From: Vulcanimicrobiota bacterium
GTDB taxonomy: Bacteria > Vulcanimicrobiota > Vulcanimicrobiia > Vulcanimicrobiales > Vulcanimicrobiaceae
DNA: 64,000 nucleotides
Reading direction: 5' to 3'
NCBI GenBank assembly: GCA_963795855.1
Contig: CAWCIZ010000002.1
Coordinates: 32,001 to 96,000, forward strand
Below are positions 10,397 to 18,730 of this stretch, one piece after another (within the stretch, counting starts at the first letter, position 1; each line of letters opens with the position of its first letter). The notes below the pieces were generated by a model. That model was given only the letters and a program-made list of their open reading frames with translations. It made no database searches and was not told where the DNA came from. The position numbers and the translations under genes were made by a program.

Positions 10397-10806
10397 AGGA
10401 CGCGGCGCTCCTCACGGAGCTGCTGCACGCGCTGGTCGAAAGCAGCACCGGCAGCGATCATGCCGCGTCGAATCTTGCCGACGTTCTGCGCTGCAGCGAA
10501 ATGCTGTGCGAACAAGCCCTGACCGTCGAGCGCGTGTTCAGCGCGCTGCGCGCGCATTTCGAAGGGTTGGCGCAATTGCATACGTCGCTGTCTTCGCATC
10601 TCTCGCTCGAGCAAACCGCTCGTTTGGACGCGGCCGTCACGGAGTTGCGCGGCAAAATCGGTCTTGCCGTCGGGGCGCTGCGCCGGTGGAATTTGGGCGT
10701 GCAAAATTCCCGGGAGACGGCCCGAGCGGCGAACACTTCCATGGCCTCGGTGCGGACGGCCATGGCAGCGGCTGCGGCAGCCGCCGAGCATCTGCTCGTG
10801 CTCTAG
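10393..10806 (+). CDS. Hypothetical alpha-helical protein
   Basis: GTGA overlap with upstream ORF; helical composition. Confidence 0.55.
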   Translation: MKDAALLTELLHALVESSTGSDHAASNLADVLRCSEMLCEQALTVERVFSALRAHFEGLAQLHTSLSSHLSLEQTARLDAAVTELRGKIGLAVGALRRWNLGVQNSRETARAANTSMASVRTAMAAAAAAAEHLLVL

Positions 10807-10910
10807 CCGGTGACGGCTGCGCTTGCCCCACCCTGACTAAGGTCGTGTGGGGGTACACTGAAGCAGAGTAGTATAAAAGAAGCTCGTTTTTAATACCCCG
10901 AAAGGTCCAC

Positions 10911-12596
10911 GTGATCAAGCACGACGTCGTCGTCATCGGTGGCGGCTTGGCCGGCATGCGTGCTGCTGTCGAGGCAGCCGAGCGCGGTGCCGACGTCGCC
11001 ATCGTCAGCAAGATGCACCCGGTGCGCAGTCATTCCGGCGCTGCGCAAGGCGGCATCAACGCTGCTTTGGGAAACCGCGAAGAGGACACGCCGCAGAACC
11101 ACGCCTTCGATACGGCCAAGGGTTCGGATTATTTGGGCGATCAGAACGCGATCGAAGCAATGTGCGAAGACGCGCCGCGCCAGATCATCTGGCTCGAGCA
11201 CCGCGGCTGCATTTTCTCGCGGATGCCCGACGGCCGCATCGCCCAGCGCCCGTTCGGCGGCGCCGGCTCGCCGCGCACGTGCTATTCCGCGGACGTCACC
11301 GGCCTGGTCATTCTGCACACGCTTTGGGAACAGCTCGAGCGCTTCAACGTCAAAGTGTACGAAGAGTATTTCTGCACGGCGCTCTGCATCGAAGACGGCG
11401 TCGGAACCGGGGTGGTCGCGTACAACATGCGTAACGGCGAACTCGAGCTGATCAACGCCAAAGCGACGATTTTTGCGACCGGCGGTACGGGCCGTATGTA
11501 CATGAAAACGACGAACGGCTACGCATCCACGGCCGACGGTTTGGGCATCGCCTTTCGCGCGGGCATTCCCATCATGGACATGGAATTCGTGCAATTCCAT
11601 CCGACCTCGCTCAAAGAAAACGGCGTGCTCCTTTCCGAAGCGGCGCGCGGCGAAGGCGCGTATCTGCTCAATGCCGCCGGCGAGCGCTTCATGTTCAAAT
11701 ACGCGCCGAACAAAGGAGAACTCGCATCTCGCGACGTCGTCTCGCGCGCCGAATGGACCGAGATTTTGGAAGGCCGCGGCGTCGACGGTTGCGTACTGCT
11801 CGATTTGCGTCACCTTGGCCGCGAGAAGATTCTCGAACGGCTGCCGCAGATTCGCGAACTGGCGTTGGACGCCACCGGTAAAGATGCGATCGACAGCCCC
11901 ATCCCGATTCTGCCCGGCATGCATTATACGATGGGCGGCATCGAAACCGACATCGACGGCGCGACGCGCGTCCCCGGCGTTTATGCGGCCGGCGAATGCG
12001 CTTCTCCGAGCGTCCACGGCGCGAACCGCCTCGGCGGAAACTCGCTGCTGGAAACGATCGTTTTCGGCGCGCGCAGCGCGAAGCACGCGGTGGAGTACAT
12101 CAAATCGGCGGGCAACGTCCGTCCGTCGGAGCGCACGCTCCAAGCCGAAAAAGATCGCTTGAACAAATGGCTCTCCAAGAGCGGCGGCACGCGCGCTCCG
12201 CAGTACCGCGCCGCGATGAACCGCACGATGAGCGAGAACTGCTTCATCTTCCGCAACGAGGCGCAATTGCAGAAGGCGGTGGACGAATTGCTCGACGTCC
12301 GCAAGCAGTTCGACCAAAACGTGTACGTCATGGACAAGTCAAAGACGTTCAACACCGACTTGGTGAACACGATGGAGACGGACTTCCTTATCGACGCCGC
12401 GATGTGCGTCGCGAATGGAGCGCTGGCGCGGCAAGAATCCCGCGGCGCGCAGGCGCGCACCGACTACCCGGAGCGCGACGACGACAAATGGATGGTGCAC
12501 ACCTTGGCATGGCGCCAGGACGGCCAAAATCCGAAGCTCGACTATTCGCGAAGCGTCACCATCACGAAGTGGCAGCCTCAGGTGAGGACGTATTAA
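10911..12596 (+). CDS. sdhA: Succinate dehydrogenase/fumarate reductase flavoprotein
   Basis: GGGLAG, RSHSGAAQGG (covalent FAD His), MEFVQFHPT, HYTMGG, HGANRLGGNSL, RQESRG. Confidence 0.95.
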   Translation: MIKHDVVVIGGGLAGMRAAVEAAERGADVAIVSKMHPVRSHSGAAQGGINAALGNREEDTPQNHAFDTAKGSDYLGDQNAIEAMCEDAPRQIIWLEHRGCIFSRMPDGRIAQRPFGGAGSPRTCYSADVTGLVILHTLWEQLERFNVKVYEEYFCTALCIEDGVGTGVVAYNMRNGELELINAKATIFATGGTGRMYMKTTNGYASTADGLGIAFRAGIPIMDMEFVQFHPTSLKENGVLLSEAARGEGAYLLNAAGERFMFKYAPNKGELASRDVVSRAEWTEILEGRGVDGCVLLDLRHLGREKILERLPQIRELALDATGKDAIDSPIPILPGMHYTMGGIETDIDGATRVPGVYAAGECASPSVHGANRLGGNSLLETIVFGARSAKHAVEYIKSAGNVRPSERTLQAEKDRLNKWLSKSGGTRAPQYRAAMNRTMSENCFIFRNEAQLQKAVDELLDVRKQFDQNVYVMDKSKTFNTDLVNTMETDFLIDAAMCVANGALARQESRGAQARTDYPERDDDKWMVHTLAWRQDGQNPKLDYSRSVTITKWQPQVRTY

Positions 12597-12681
12597 ATGG
12601 CGCTGCATCATAGACTCCGCGCCCCCCAAGCACTCGAGGCGCACACATCTACTGCTAGCGCAAACACTCCCCGAGGGCGCC
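12597..12681 (+). repeat. Degenerate copy of ~105-bp intergenic palindromic repeat family
   Basis: GGCGCT...CGCGCCCCCC...CTCCCCGAGGGCGC matches both ends of the units at 47311-47784. Confidence 0.75.
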
Positions 12682-12684
12682 GCA

Positions 12685-13644
12685 ATGGCTAAGATCAAAC
12701 TCGACATCTTCCGCTTCGACGAAGCCGTCGACGACGTTCCGCATCGCGATCTCGTCGAGGTCGACGTACCGGAAACGACGACCGTTCTCGACGCGCTCGA
12801 GGAAGCCAAAGCACAGGTCGACGGATCGATCAGCTTCCGCCGCTCGTGCCGCTCGGCGATTTGCGGCTCGTGCTCGATGAATATCAACGGTGTGACGGGA
12901 CTGGCGTGCAAAACGCCGTGCAACACCGTCATGGACGATGACGGCGCGATTCACATCGATCCGATGCCGAACTTTCAGCCGATGCGCGATCTCGTCGTGC
13001 ACATGGACCCGTTCTGGGACAAATACACGCGCCTCAAGCCCTATCTGCAGCCTGCGGACAAGGACGAGGAGCATCAAACGGAGCGCCGCGTCAGCCCCGA
13101 GGACATGAAGAAACTCGTGGATGTGGCAAACTGCATCATGTGCGCTACGTGCTACGCGCTTTGCCCCGTGGTCAGCGTCGATCCGGCGTTTGCCGGGCCC
13201 GCCGCAATCGCATACGCCTACCGCTTCATCGAAGACGTCCGCGACGGCCAGCGCACCGAACGCCTCGCGCAAATAAACGAAGATTATTTGTGGCTCTGCG
13301 CCCACTGCTATGCGTGTTCGTACTGCCCCAAACACGTCGATCCGCACTGGCGCATCGTCGACGTCAAGCGCGCAACCATCAAGGATCGCGTGATGATGAA
13401 CGAACGCGGTCCGCGCCATGCGCTGGTCGTGAACAAAACGGTCAAGCAGACCGGCATGCTCGCCGAAACCGAACTGATCATAGGCACCATCGGCCGGTTC
13501 AACATTCGCGGACTGCTCAAAACGGTGCCGCTCGGCTTGCGCATGGCGGCCAAAGGCAAGATGCCGCCGCCGTTCCTCAAACCGATCCCCAAGGTCGACG
13601 AAGTACGCACCATATTCGAATCCTTGGAGGTCCCCGTCGGCTAA
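12685..13644 (+). CDS. sdhB: Succinate dehydrogenase iron-sulfur subunit with C-terminal extension
   Basis: RRSCRSAICGSC...C [2Fe-2S]; CIMCATCYALCP; CAHCYACSYCP. Confidence 0.92.
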   Translation: MAKIKLDIFRFDEAVDDVPHRDLVEVDVPETTTVLDALEEAKAQVDGSISFRRSCRSAICGSCSMNINGVTGLACKTPCNTVMDDDGAIHIDPMPNFQPMRDLVVHMDPFWDKYTRLKPYLQPADKDEEHQTERRVSPEDMKKLVDVANCIMCATCYALCPVVSVDPAFAGPAAIAYAYRFIEDVRDGQRTERLAQINEDYLWLCAHCYACSYCPKHVDPHWRIVDVKRATIKDRVMMNERGPRHALVVNKTVKQTGMLAETELIIGTIGRFNIRGLLKTVPLGLRMAAKGKMPPPFLKPIPKVDEVRTIFESLEVPVG

Positions 13645-13645
13645 T

Positions 13646-13826
13646 ATGAATCGTAATCTTTCAAGCGCAGTGCCTTGTCTCGGACGGAGCGCCTGTTAAA
13701 TGAATCGAATCTTTCAAGCGCAAACCTCGGGGAGAGCTGTGCGTTATGCGCAGACCTCCGGCGCCCGCTTTTGGGGGCCCCGGCTTCGCCGGGGGGCGCG
13801 CAGTCTCGGACGGAGCGCCTGTTAAA
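13646..13826 (-). repeat. Repeat family copy plus an internally deleted tandem copy
   Basis: ATGAATCG(T)AATCTTTCAAGCGCA and GTCTCGGACGGAGCGCCTGTTAAA each occur twice; the full copy is a reverse-complement homolog of the 47311 unit. Confidence 0.8.
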
Positions 13827-14777
13827 ATGAGCACCACTTTACTACCCGAAGAGCAGCCGAAGAATCTGCACCGCCGCTCGCACAGCGCGGAGACCAAACG
13901 CTACGGGTTCTTCCCGGGCTGCGTCGCAAAAGAGTCCTGCAAAGAGCTCTTCAACTCGACGATGCTGCTCGCGGACAAATTGGGCATCGAACTCATCGAA
14001 CTCACGGCGGCGTCGTGCTGCGGTGCGTCCGTCGTCAACGACACGAACCGCGATATCGCGCGCGTGCTTAACGCGCGCACGTACGCGCAAGCGGAAGCAC
14101 TCGGACTCGACGACATCATCACAATCTGCTCGACGTGCACCGGTCACATGCGCGCCGCCAACAAAGAGTTGCTGGATTCCGAAGAAAAATTAACTCACGC
14201 GAACTCGATTCTCGGCAAGTTCGGCGCGAAGTACGACGGCGGCGTGATGGTGCGCCACCTGCTGTGGATGCTCATCGACGACATCGGTCTGGACAACTTG
14301 CGCAAGATGGTCGTACGGCCGCTCAACGGTTTGAAGGTTGCGCCGTTCTACGGGTGCCACATCATCCGGCCGGAGAGCGTGAACGGCTGGGAATCCGCTC
14401 GTAATCCACACTCGCTCGAAGACGTCATAGATGCGCTTGGCGGCGAACCGGTCGATTATGCCGGCAAGACTCGCTGCTGCGGATTTCACATCCAGCTCGA
14501 AAAAGACGGCGTGGCCGCATCGATGGTCGGCCAAAACATGCGCATGGCCAAAGACAAGGGCGCGGAGGCGGTCATCACGCCGTGTCCGCTCTGTCATCTC
14601 GCACTCGACGGGTATCAGCAGGATGCCGCCTCGCGCTGGGGACGGACCGATCTTCCGACGTTCCATCTGCCGCAATTGGTCGCGTACGCGCTCGGCGTTC
14701 CGGCGGAAAAGCTCGGCTTGAACAAGCATCTGATCGACCCGCGCGGCGTGATGGTCGAACGCGATCTCATCGCGTAA
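13827..14777 (+). CDS. CCG-domain (HdrB/SdhE-like) subunit of succinate dehydrogenase
   Basis: YGFFPGC, SCCGA, CSTC, PFYGC, RCCG, CPLC motifs; follows sdhAB. Confidence 0.88.
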   Translation: MSTTLLPEEQPKNLHRRSHSAETKRYGFFPGCVAKESCKELFNSTMLLADKLGIELIELTAASCCGASVVNDTNRDIARVLNARTYAQAEALGLDDIITICSTCTGHMRAANKELLDSEEKLTHANSILGKFGAKYDGGVMVRHLLWMLIDDIGLDNLRKMVVRPLNGLKVAPFYGCHIIRPESVNGWESARNPHSLEDVIDALGGEPVDYAGKTRCCGFHIQLEKDGVAASMVGQNMRMAKDKGAEAVITPCPLCHLALDGYQQDAASRWGRTDLPTFHLPQLVAYALGVPAEKLGLNKHLIDPRGVMVERDLIA

Positions 14778-14913
14778 GCGCACCCTTCTCAAGCGCCGAT
14801 AGGTCGGACTTCCCACGCGCCGGTGAGGCCGGCCGACCGGCCCATCCAATTCATTCGCTGCGTCCGCTTTTGGAGTATGATGGCCCGGCACCACCCCCGG
14901 TGCGGGAGGTCAG

Positions 14914-15753
14914 ATGTCTGTCCTCAGTTCCGTCGCGCCCTCGATTCCGAAGAGCCCGCGCTTTCCACGCAATATCGCCGAGCGAATCGTCAATCGGTAT
15001 CGGATGCAAGCCGCAGCCGCGCGGCTTCGCAGACTTCCGCCCGACGAACGGGGAGAACGCTACGTCGACTATGGCTGGCTCAAACTGCTTTTCAGCGACG
15101 ACGGCGATAAGCAAGAGCTGTACTATCACGCGCATTCGAGCGAATATTACGCAAATGATTTTCCGATCTATTCGAAACTCTTGAAACCCGGCGACGTCGC
15201 AGTCGACGTTGGAGCGAATCTTGGGTGGACGGCAGTGCTCATGGCGTCATTCGTCGGGAGTGCCGGACACGTTTTCGCTTTCGAACCGGCGAAATCGATC
15301 TTCGCCAAATTGCTGAAGACGATCGCTGCGAACGGACTCGAGGCGGTGATCACGCCGCTCAACCTCGCTTGCGGAGGCGAGGCGGGCTGCTGCATGCTGA
15401 ACCGCGTTTCGACGTCGTCGGGCAACAGTTCGATCGTGAACGCCGCCCCCGGCGCGCAAACGGAATCGATTGACGTCGTACGCCTTGACGACGTTGCCGA
15501 ATTAAAGGAGCAAAGGATCACGCTCATCAAAATCGACACGGAAGGATACGAACCCATGGTGCTCGCGGGGTCGGCAGCGCTCATCGCAAGGGAGAAGCCG
15601 TTGATATACTTGGAGATGGGCGGCGACTATTTGCAATCGACGTTGGAATCGCGGCGCATCCTCGAAGCATTCGGCTATCGGCTCAACTCGCCCAAAGATG
15701 TGGACTGGAGCAGAGTCGGAAACGGTTCGAACTTCTTGGCCGTTCCGGTTTGA
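14914..15753 (+). CDS. FkbM family methyltransferase
   Basis: VDVGANLG, VFAFEP, IKIDTEGYE. Confidence 0.92.
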   Translation: MSVLSSVAPSIPKSPRFPRNIAERIVNRYRMQAAAARLRRLPPDERGERYVDYGWLKLLFSDDGDKQELYYHAHSSEYYANDFPIYSKLLKPGDVAVDVGANLGWTAVLMASFVGSAGHVFAFEPAKSIFAKLLKTIAANGLEAVITPLNLACGGEAGCCMLNRVSTSSGNSSIVNAAPGAQTESIDVVRLDDVAELKEQRITLIKIDTEGYEPMVLAGSAALIAREKPLIYLEMGGDYLQSTLESRRILEAFGYRLNSPKDVDWSRVGNGSNFLAVPV

Positions 15754-15770
15754 AAAATCGGACGGGCGGA

Positions 15771-16121
15771 CTACGCCGTTACCACGTTTTGAACGCAGCG
15801 ATTCAAGCATCGCATCGCGCATGAAGTGCACCATTTGTGCCTGATTGAAGCACTCCGTATAACAGTCAGCTCGGCAGGGAAGCGGCTCACAGTCATCCCC
15901 CACCACGATTGGAGCTTACTCACCGTCTCAATTGGCGTATACCGTGAAAAAGCCGTCCTCGTCGTATCTCACGAGGGCGGCTTTGCGGCGTTGCGGTTGT
16001 AGCGTTTTTTCGACTCGTGCGCTTCGGCTTGGGCGCAGATTTTGCGCGGGGCCTTTCAACGGCATGAGGCAGGCCTTTTTCGTCGTTTTCGTTTCATCGC
16101 AGGAACCTCCGCGTATAGTAT
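15771..16121 (-). pseudogene. Decayed duplicate of the two small genes at 18275-18728
   Basis: High similarity to 18275-18728 with two internal deletions (~80 and ~22 nt) and frameshifts. Confidence 0.85.
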
Positions 16122-16268
16122 GGCGTCATTCGTCGGGAGCGCAGGACACGTTTTTGCTTTCGAATCGGCGAAATCGATGCCTCGCCAAATTGCTAAAGAC
16201 GATCGCATGCGAACGGGCTCGACGCGGTGATCGCGCCGGTCAAACCTCGGTTGCGGAGGCGGGCCGGC
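16120..16268 (+). pseudogene. Decayed duplicate of an internal FkbM segment (~15241-15390)
   Basis: ATGGCGTCATTCGTCGGGAG...TTGCGGAGGC repeated with substitutions and indels. Confidence 0.85.
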
Positions 16269-16367
16269 CTAACGGATGGGTCAAGTCCAAACAAAATTTT
16301 ATTTCACTCGACTCACCGTCTGTGCTGGCCTCGTGAACGGTGCGACGTCGCAATTAGCCGCATTCCG

Positions 16368-16535
16368 CTAGGCTTGCGCAACCAGTCTTTTAAGGTGGGC
16401 GGCCAGAACGTCAACGGCTTCGCTCGTGGGCGGTTCGTTGCGTTCCCGCCGCAAAATTCCGGAGGCGATGTTTTGCGCATCAATCTTAGTGAGAAAGCGC
16501 TCTTTCTCAATGATATCTTTAGCGGCCTCGTTCAC
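16368..16535 (-). CDS. Small hypothetical protein (55 aa, MNEAAKDIIEKERFLTK...)
   Basis: Manually translated GTG-start ORF below the track cutoff. Confidence 0.35.
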   Translation of the reverse strand: MNEAAKDIIEKERFLTKIDAQNIASGILRRERNEPPTSEAVDVLAAHLKRLVAQA

Positions 16536-16559
16536 CCGTAGCCATACTCGCAGTCTGCG

Positions 16560-17032
16560 TCATGTGAGTTCAGTCCCACACTCCACGGCGAACATTTCGG
16601 CGCACGGAAAACGGCGTATCTTTACGAACCCGCAAGCACGAAACTGCTCCTCAACCGAAGTTGCGTCGTGTGGGCTCGTGATGTAGGTCACAACGCTGCG
16701 GCCTTCATCGATCGCGAGATTGTAATAGTGCGCCGCATCGGAGGATATCCCCAGGTCTTTAAAATGATCCCTACTGCGCGCATCCAGTAGATACGGGTTC
16801 AGGGCCAATGTCGTTCCCATCCCGGGTACGTTGGTGCCGTGCGATCCCGATGCAACCGGTGAACCGCGAAATGGAATAAAATGGATTCGTGAACGTGCGG
16901 GGATTTGGCGCACGCGCTCTGTACTAAACAGCGTTGTGCGGCTGGGTTCCAGACCGGCACGTTGTGCCAATATCTTTTCGACTCCGCTTCGTCGGCTATG
17001 CGCGCGATTGCGGCGATAAGAACGTCCGGCAT
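16560..17032 (-). CDS. Hypothetical protein, frameshifted
   Basis: MPDVLIAA... joins by one frameshift to ...LGISSDAAHYYNLAIDEGRSVVTY... Confidence 0.45.
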
Positions 17033-17454
17033 AAACTCTCTCTAAGGTACGGCGTACGGTCAGTGATTTGCCGGACATGGTCAGCACCTATGTTCCCGTA
17101 AGTATGCTCTCGAATCGCCGAAATAGCAAATAAACGCGCCGCAGTAAGATCTATCGAGATTCGATAATCCATGATATCGATTACGCGTGTTCGCAGACGC
17201 GAGTGCCCATCTTGTTTCGGTGCTCTTGATTAGCGTCGCCCCGGATGACTGCGCATATCTCGTCGAGCAAGGCGCGGATTTGATGAAGCATAAGCACGAC
17301 CTGCCGGCGTTCCCTGAGGGCGATACTACTTATCACCTACTGCCGCGCCGGCCGAACGACTTCGTCAAGGGCGAGATTGACGTTCTCAAGCAGAAGGCCT
17401 GTAAACCTTGCGGATTACAGGCCTTTGCGATTTTTTCACCCGATCGACTAACAG

Positions 17455-17910
17455 CTACGGCGTTTTTGTGTAGACCATCGCGGGCTCGCGATGAGCAACG
17501 CTGCGGCCCTCGTCGAGATCCAGCAGGTCAGGCCACGTCGTTACATCGGTCCGATCGGGAGCGATGCGAGTGCGTAGTGCAGTGAAATGCTGAAGTGATT
17601 CGCCCTTGGGAACGCTGGTCATCCAGCGTTGGTTAAAGGAAGCAAGTTCGTCCGGCGATTTCTTCCCGACGAAGCCTTTTATGTAGCCCTCGATCTCCGT
17701 ATCGCTCTTCGCGACCTTCAGGAATTCCAGAAAATCTGAGGCTTTCATGCCAAGAAACTCGAACAGGCCTTCATCCATTGCGGAAGGGTACTCGTACTCC
17801 CCTATGGTTCCGTGCGCTAACGCTTTGGCTTTATCGGTGGTTCGCGCCAGTTGCACAAGGCCGAGGAGTTTCTCTCGAACGCTGCGCGGCGTTGTTTGGG
17901 TGAGATTCAT
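17455..17910 (-). CDS. DUF5069-like protein
   Basis: PRSVREKLLGLVQLARTTDKAKA...GEY...D...LDLDEGR pattern. Confidence 0.75.
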   Translation of the reverse strand: MNLTQTTPRSVREKLLGLVQLARTTDKAKALAHGTIGEYEYPSAMDEGLFEFLGMKASDFLEFLKVAKSDTEIEGYIKGFVGKKSPDELASFNQRWMTSVPKGESLQHFTALRTRIAPDRTDVTTWPDLLDLDEGRSVAHREPAMVYTKTP

Positions 17911-18274
17911 CTATTCCATACTTTCAGAATTGTTATTCCGACTGTACGAACCGCGCGACTGCAATTAAGTTGCGAAAACGAAGAATGCAACGTATTAGAG
18001 GGTTTCGCAATGCTTTGTCGGCGGCTTCCGCTCGCTTTAAAAAGTCGGCCAACGTTCACTGAAGCTAATCCGACTCCCGCGCACGATTGCAGTTTAGAGA
18101 TCGGCGTCTTGACTCATCCGTCGCTCGTATTCGACTTCAACCCTTTTAGGCGCGATTCAATCTAATTGCCCAAATCGGCATGCCATTATAACTCGTTTTA
18201 GTGTGCGCGAACCGCCTCGTATGGCGTGCCGTCTTTTTAATCGCTTGAGGCAGCTGCGGGATCGGACCGCTCGG

Positions 18275-18496
18275 CTATGCCGTTACCACGTTTTGAACGA
18301 CGACGTGCACGGATGCAACCCCGCGCGGCTCGATTTGAATTCGTTCCCCGTCGAAGACGATGATCGGCTGGCTCTTACGCAGCGATTCAAGCATCGCATC
18401 GCGCATGAAGTGCGCGATCTGCGCTTGATTGAAGCACTCCGTAAACGTCCGGCCGTCGTGCAGCGTAACAGTCAGATCGGCAGGGAAGCGGCTCAC
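18275..18496 (-). CDS. Small hypothetical protein
   Basis: GGAGG before GTG (VSRFPADL...); also present as a decayed duplicate. Confidence 0.55.
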   Translation of the reverse strand: MSRFPADLTVTLHDGRTFTECFNQAQIAHFMRDAMLESLRKSQPIIVFDGERIQIEPRGVASVHVVVQNVVTA

Positions 18497-18705
18497 AATC
18501 TCATCCTCCAATACGATTGGAGTGTACCGCCCCGCTCAATGGCGTATACCGTGAAAAAGCCGCCCTCGTCGTATCTCGCGAGGGCGGCTTTGCGGCGTTT
18601 GCGGTTATAGCGCTTTTTCGATTCGTGCGCTCCGGCCGGGCGCAGATTTTGCGCCGGACCCATCCTCGGCACGAGGGCGGGCTTTTTTCGTCGTTTTCGT
18701 TTCAC
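18493..18705 (-). CDS. Small basic protein, candidate alternative ribosome-rescue factor (ArfA/BrfA-like architecture)
   Basis: GGAGG + GTG; MKRKRRKK...HESKKRYNRKRRKAALARYDEGGFF; intrinsic terminator inside the ORF. Confidence 0.6.
   Translation of the reverse strand: MKRKRRKKPALVPRMGPAQNLRPAGAHESKKRYNRKRRKAALARYDEGGFFTVYAIERGGTLQSYWRMRL
18554..18591 (-). terminator. Intragenic intrinsic terminator
   Basis: Minus strand AAAGCCGCCCTCG-CGAGATACGA-CGAGGGCGGCTTTTT. Confidence 0.8.
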
Positions 18706-18730
18706 GCGGAAACCTCCGCGTCTAGTATAC

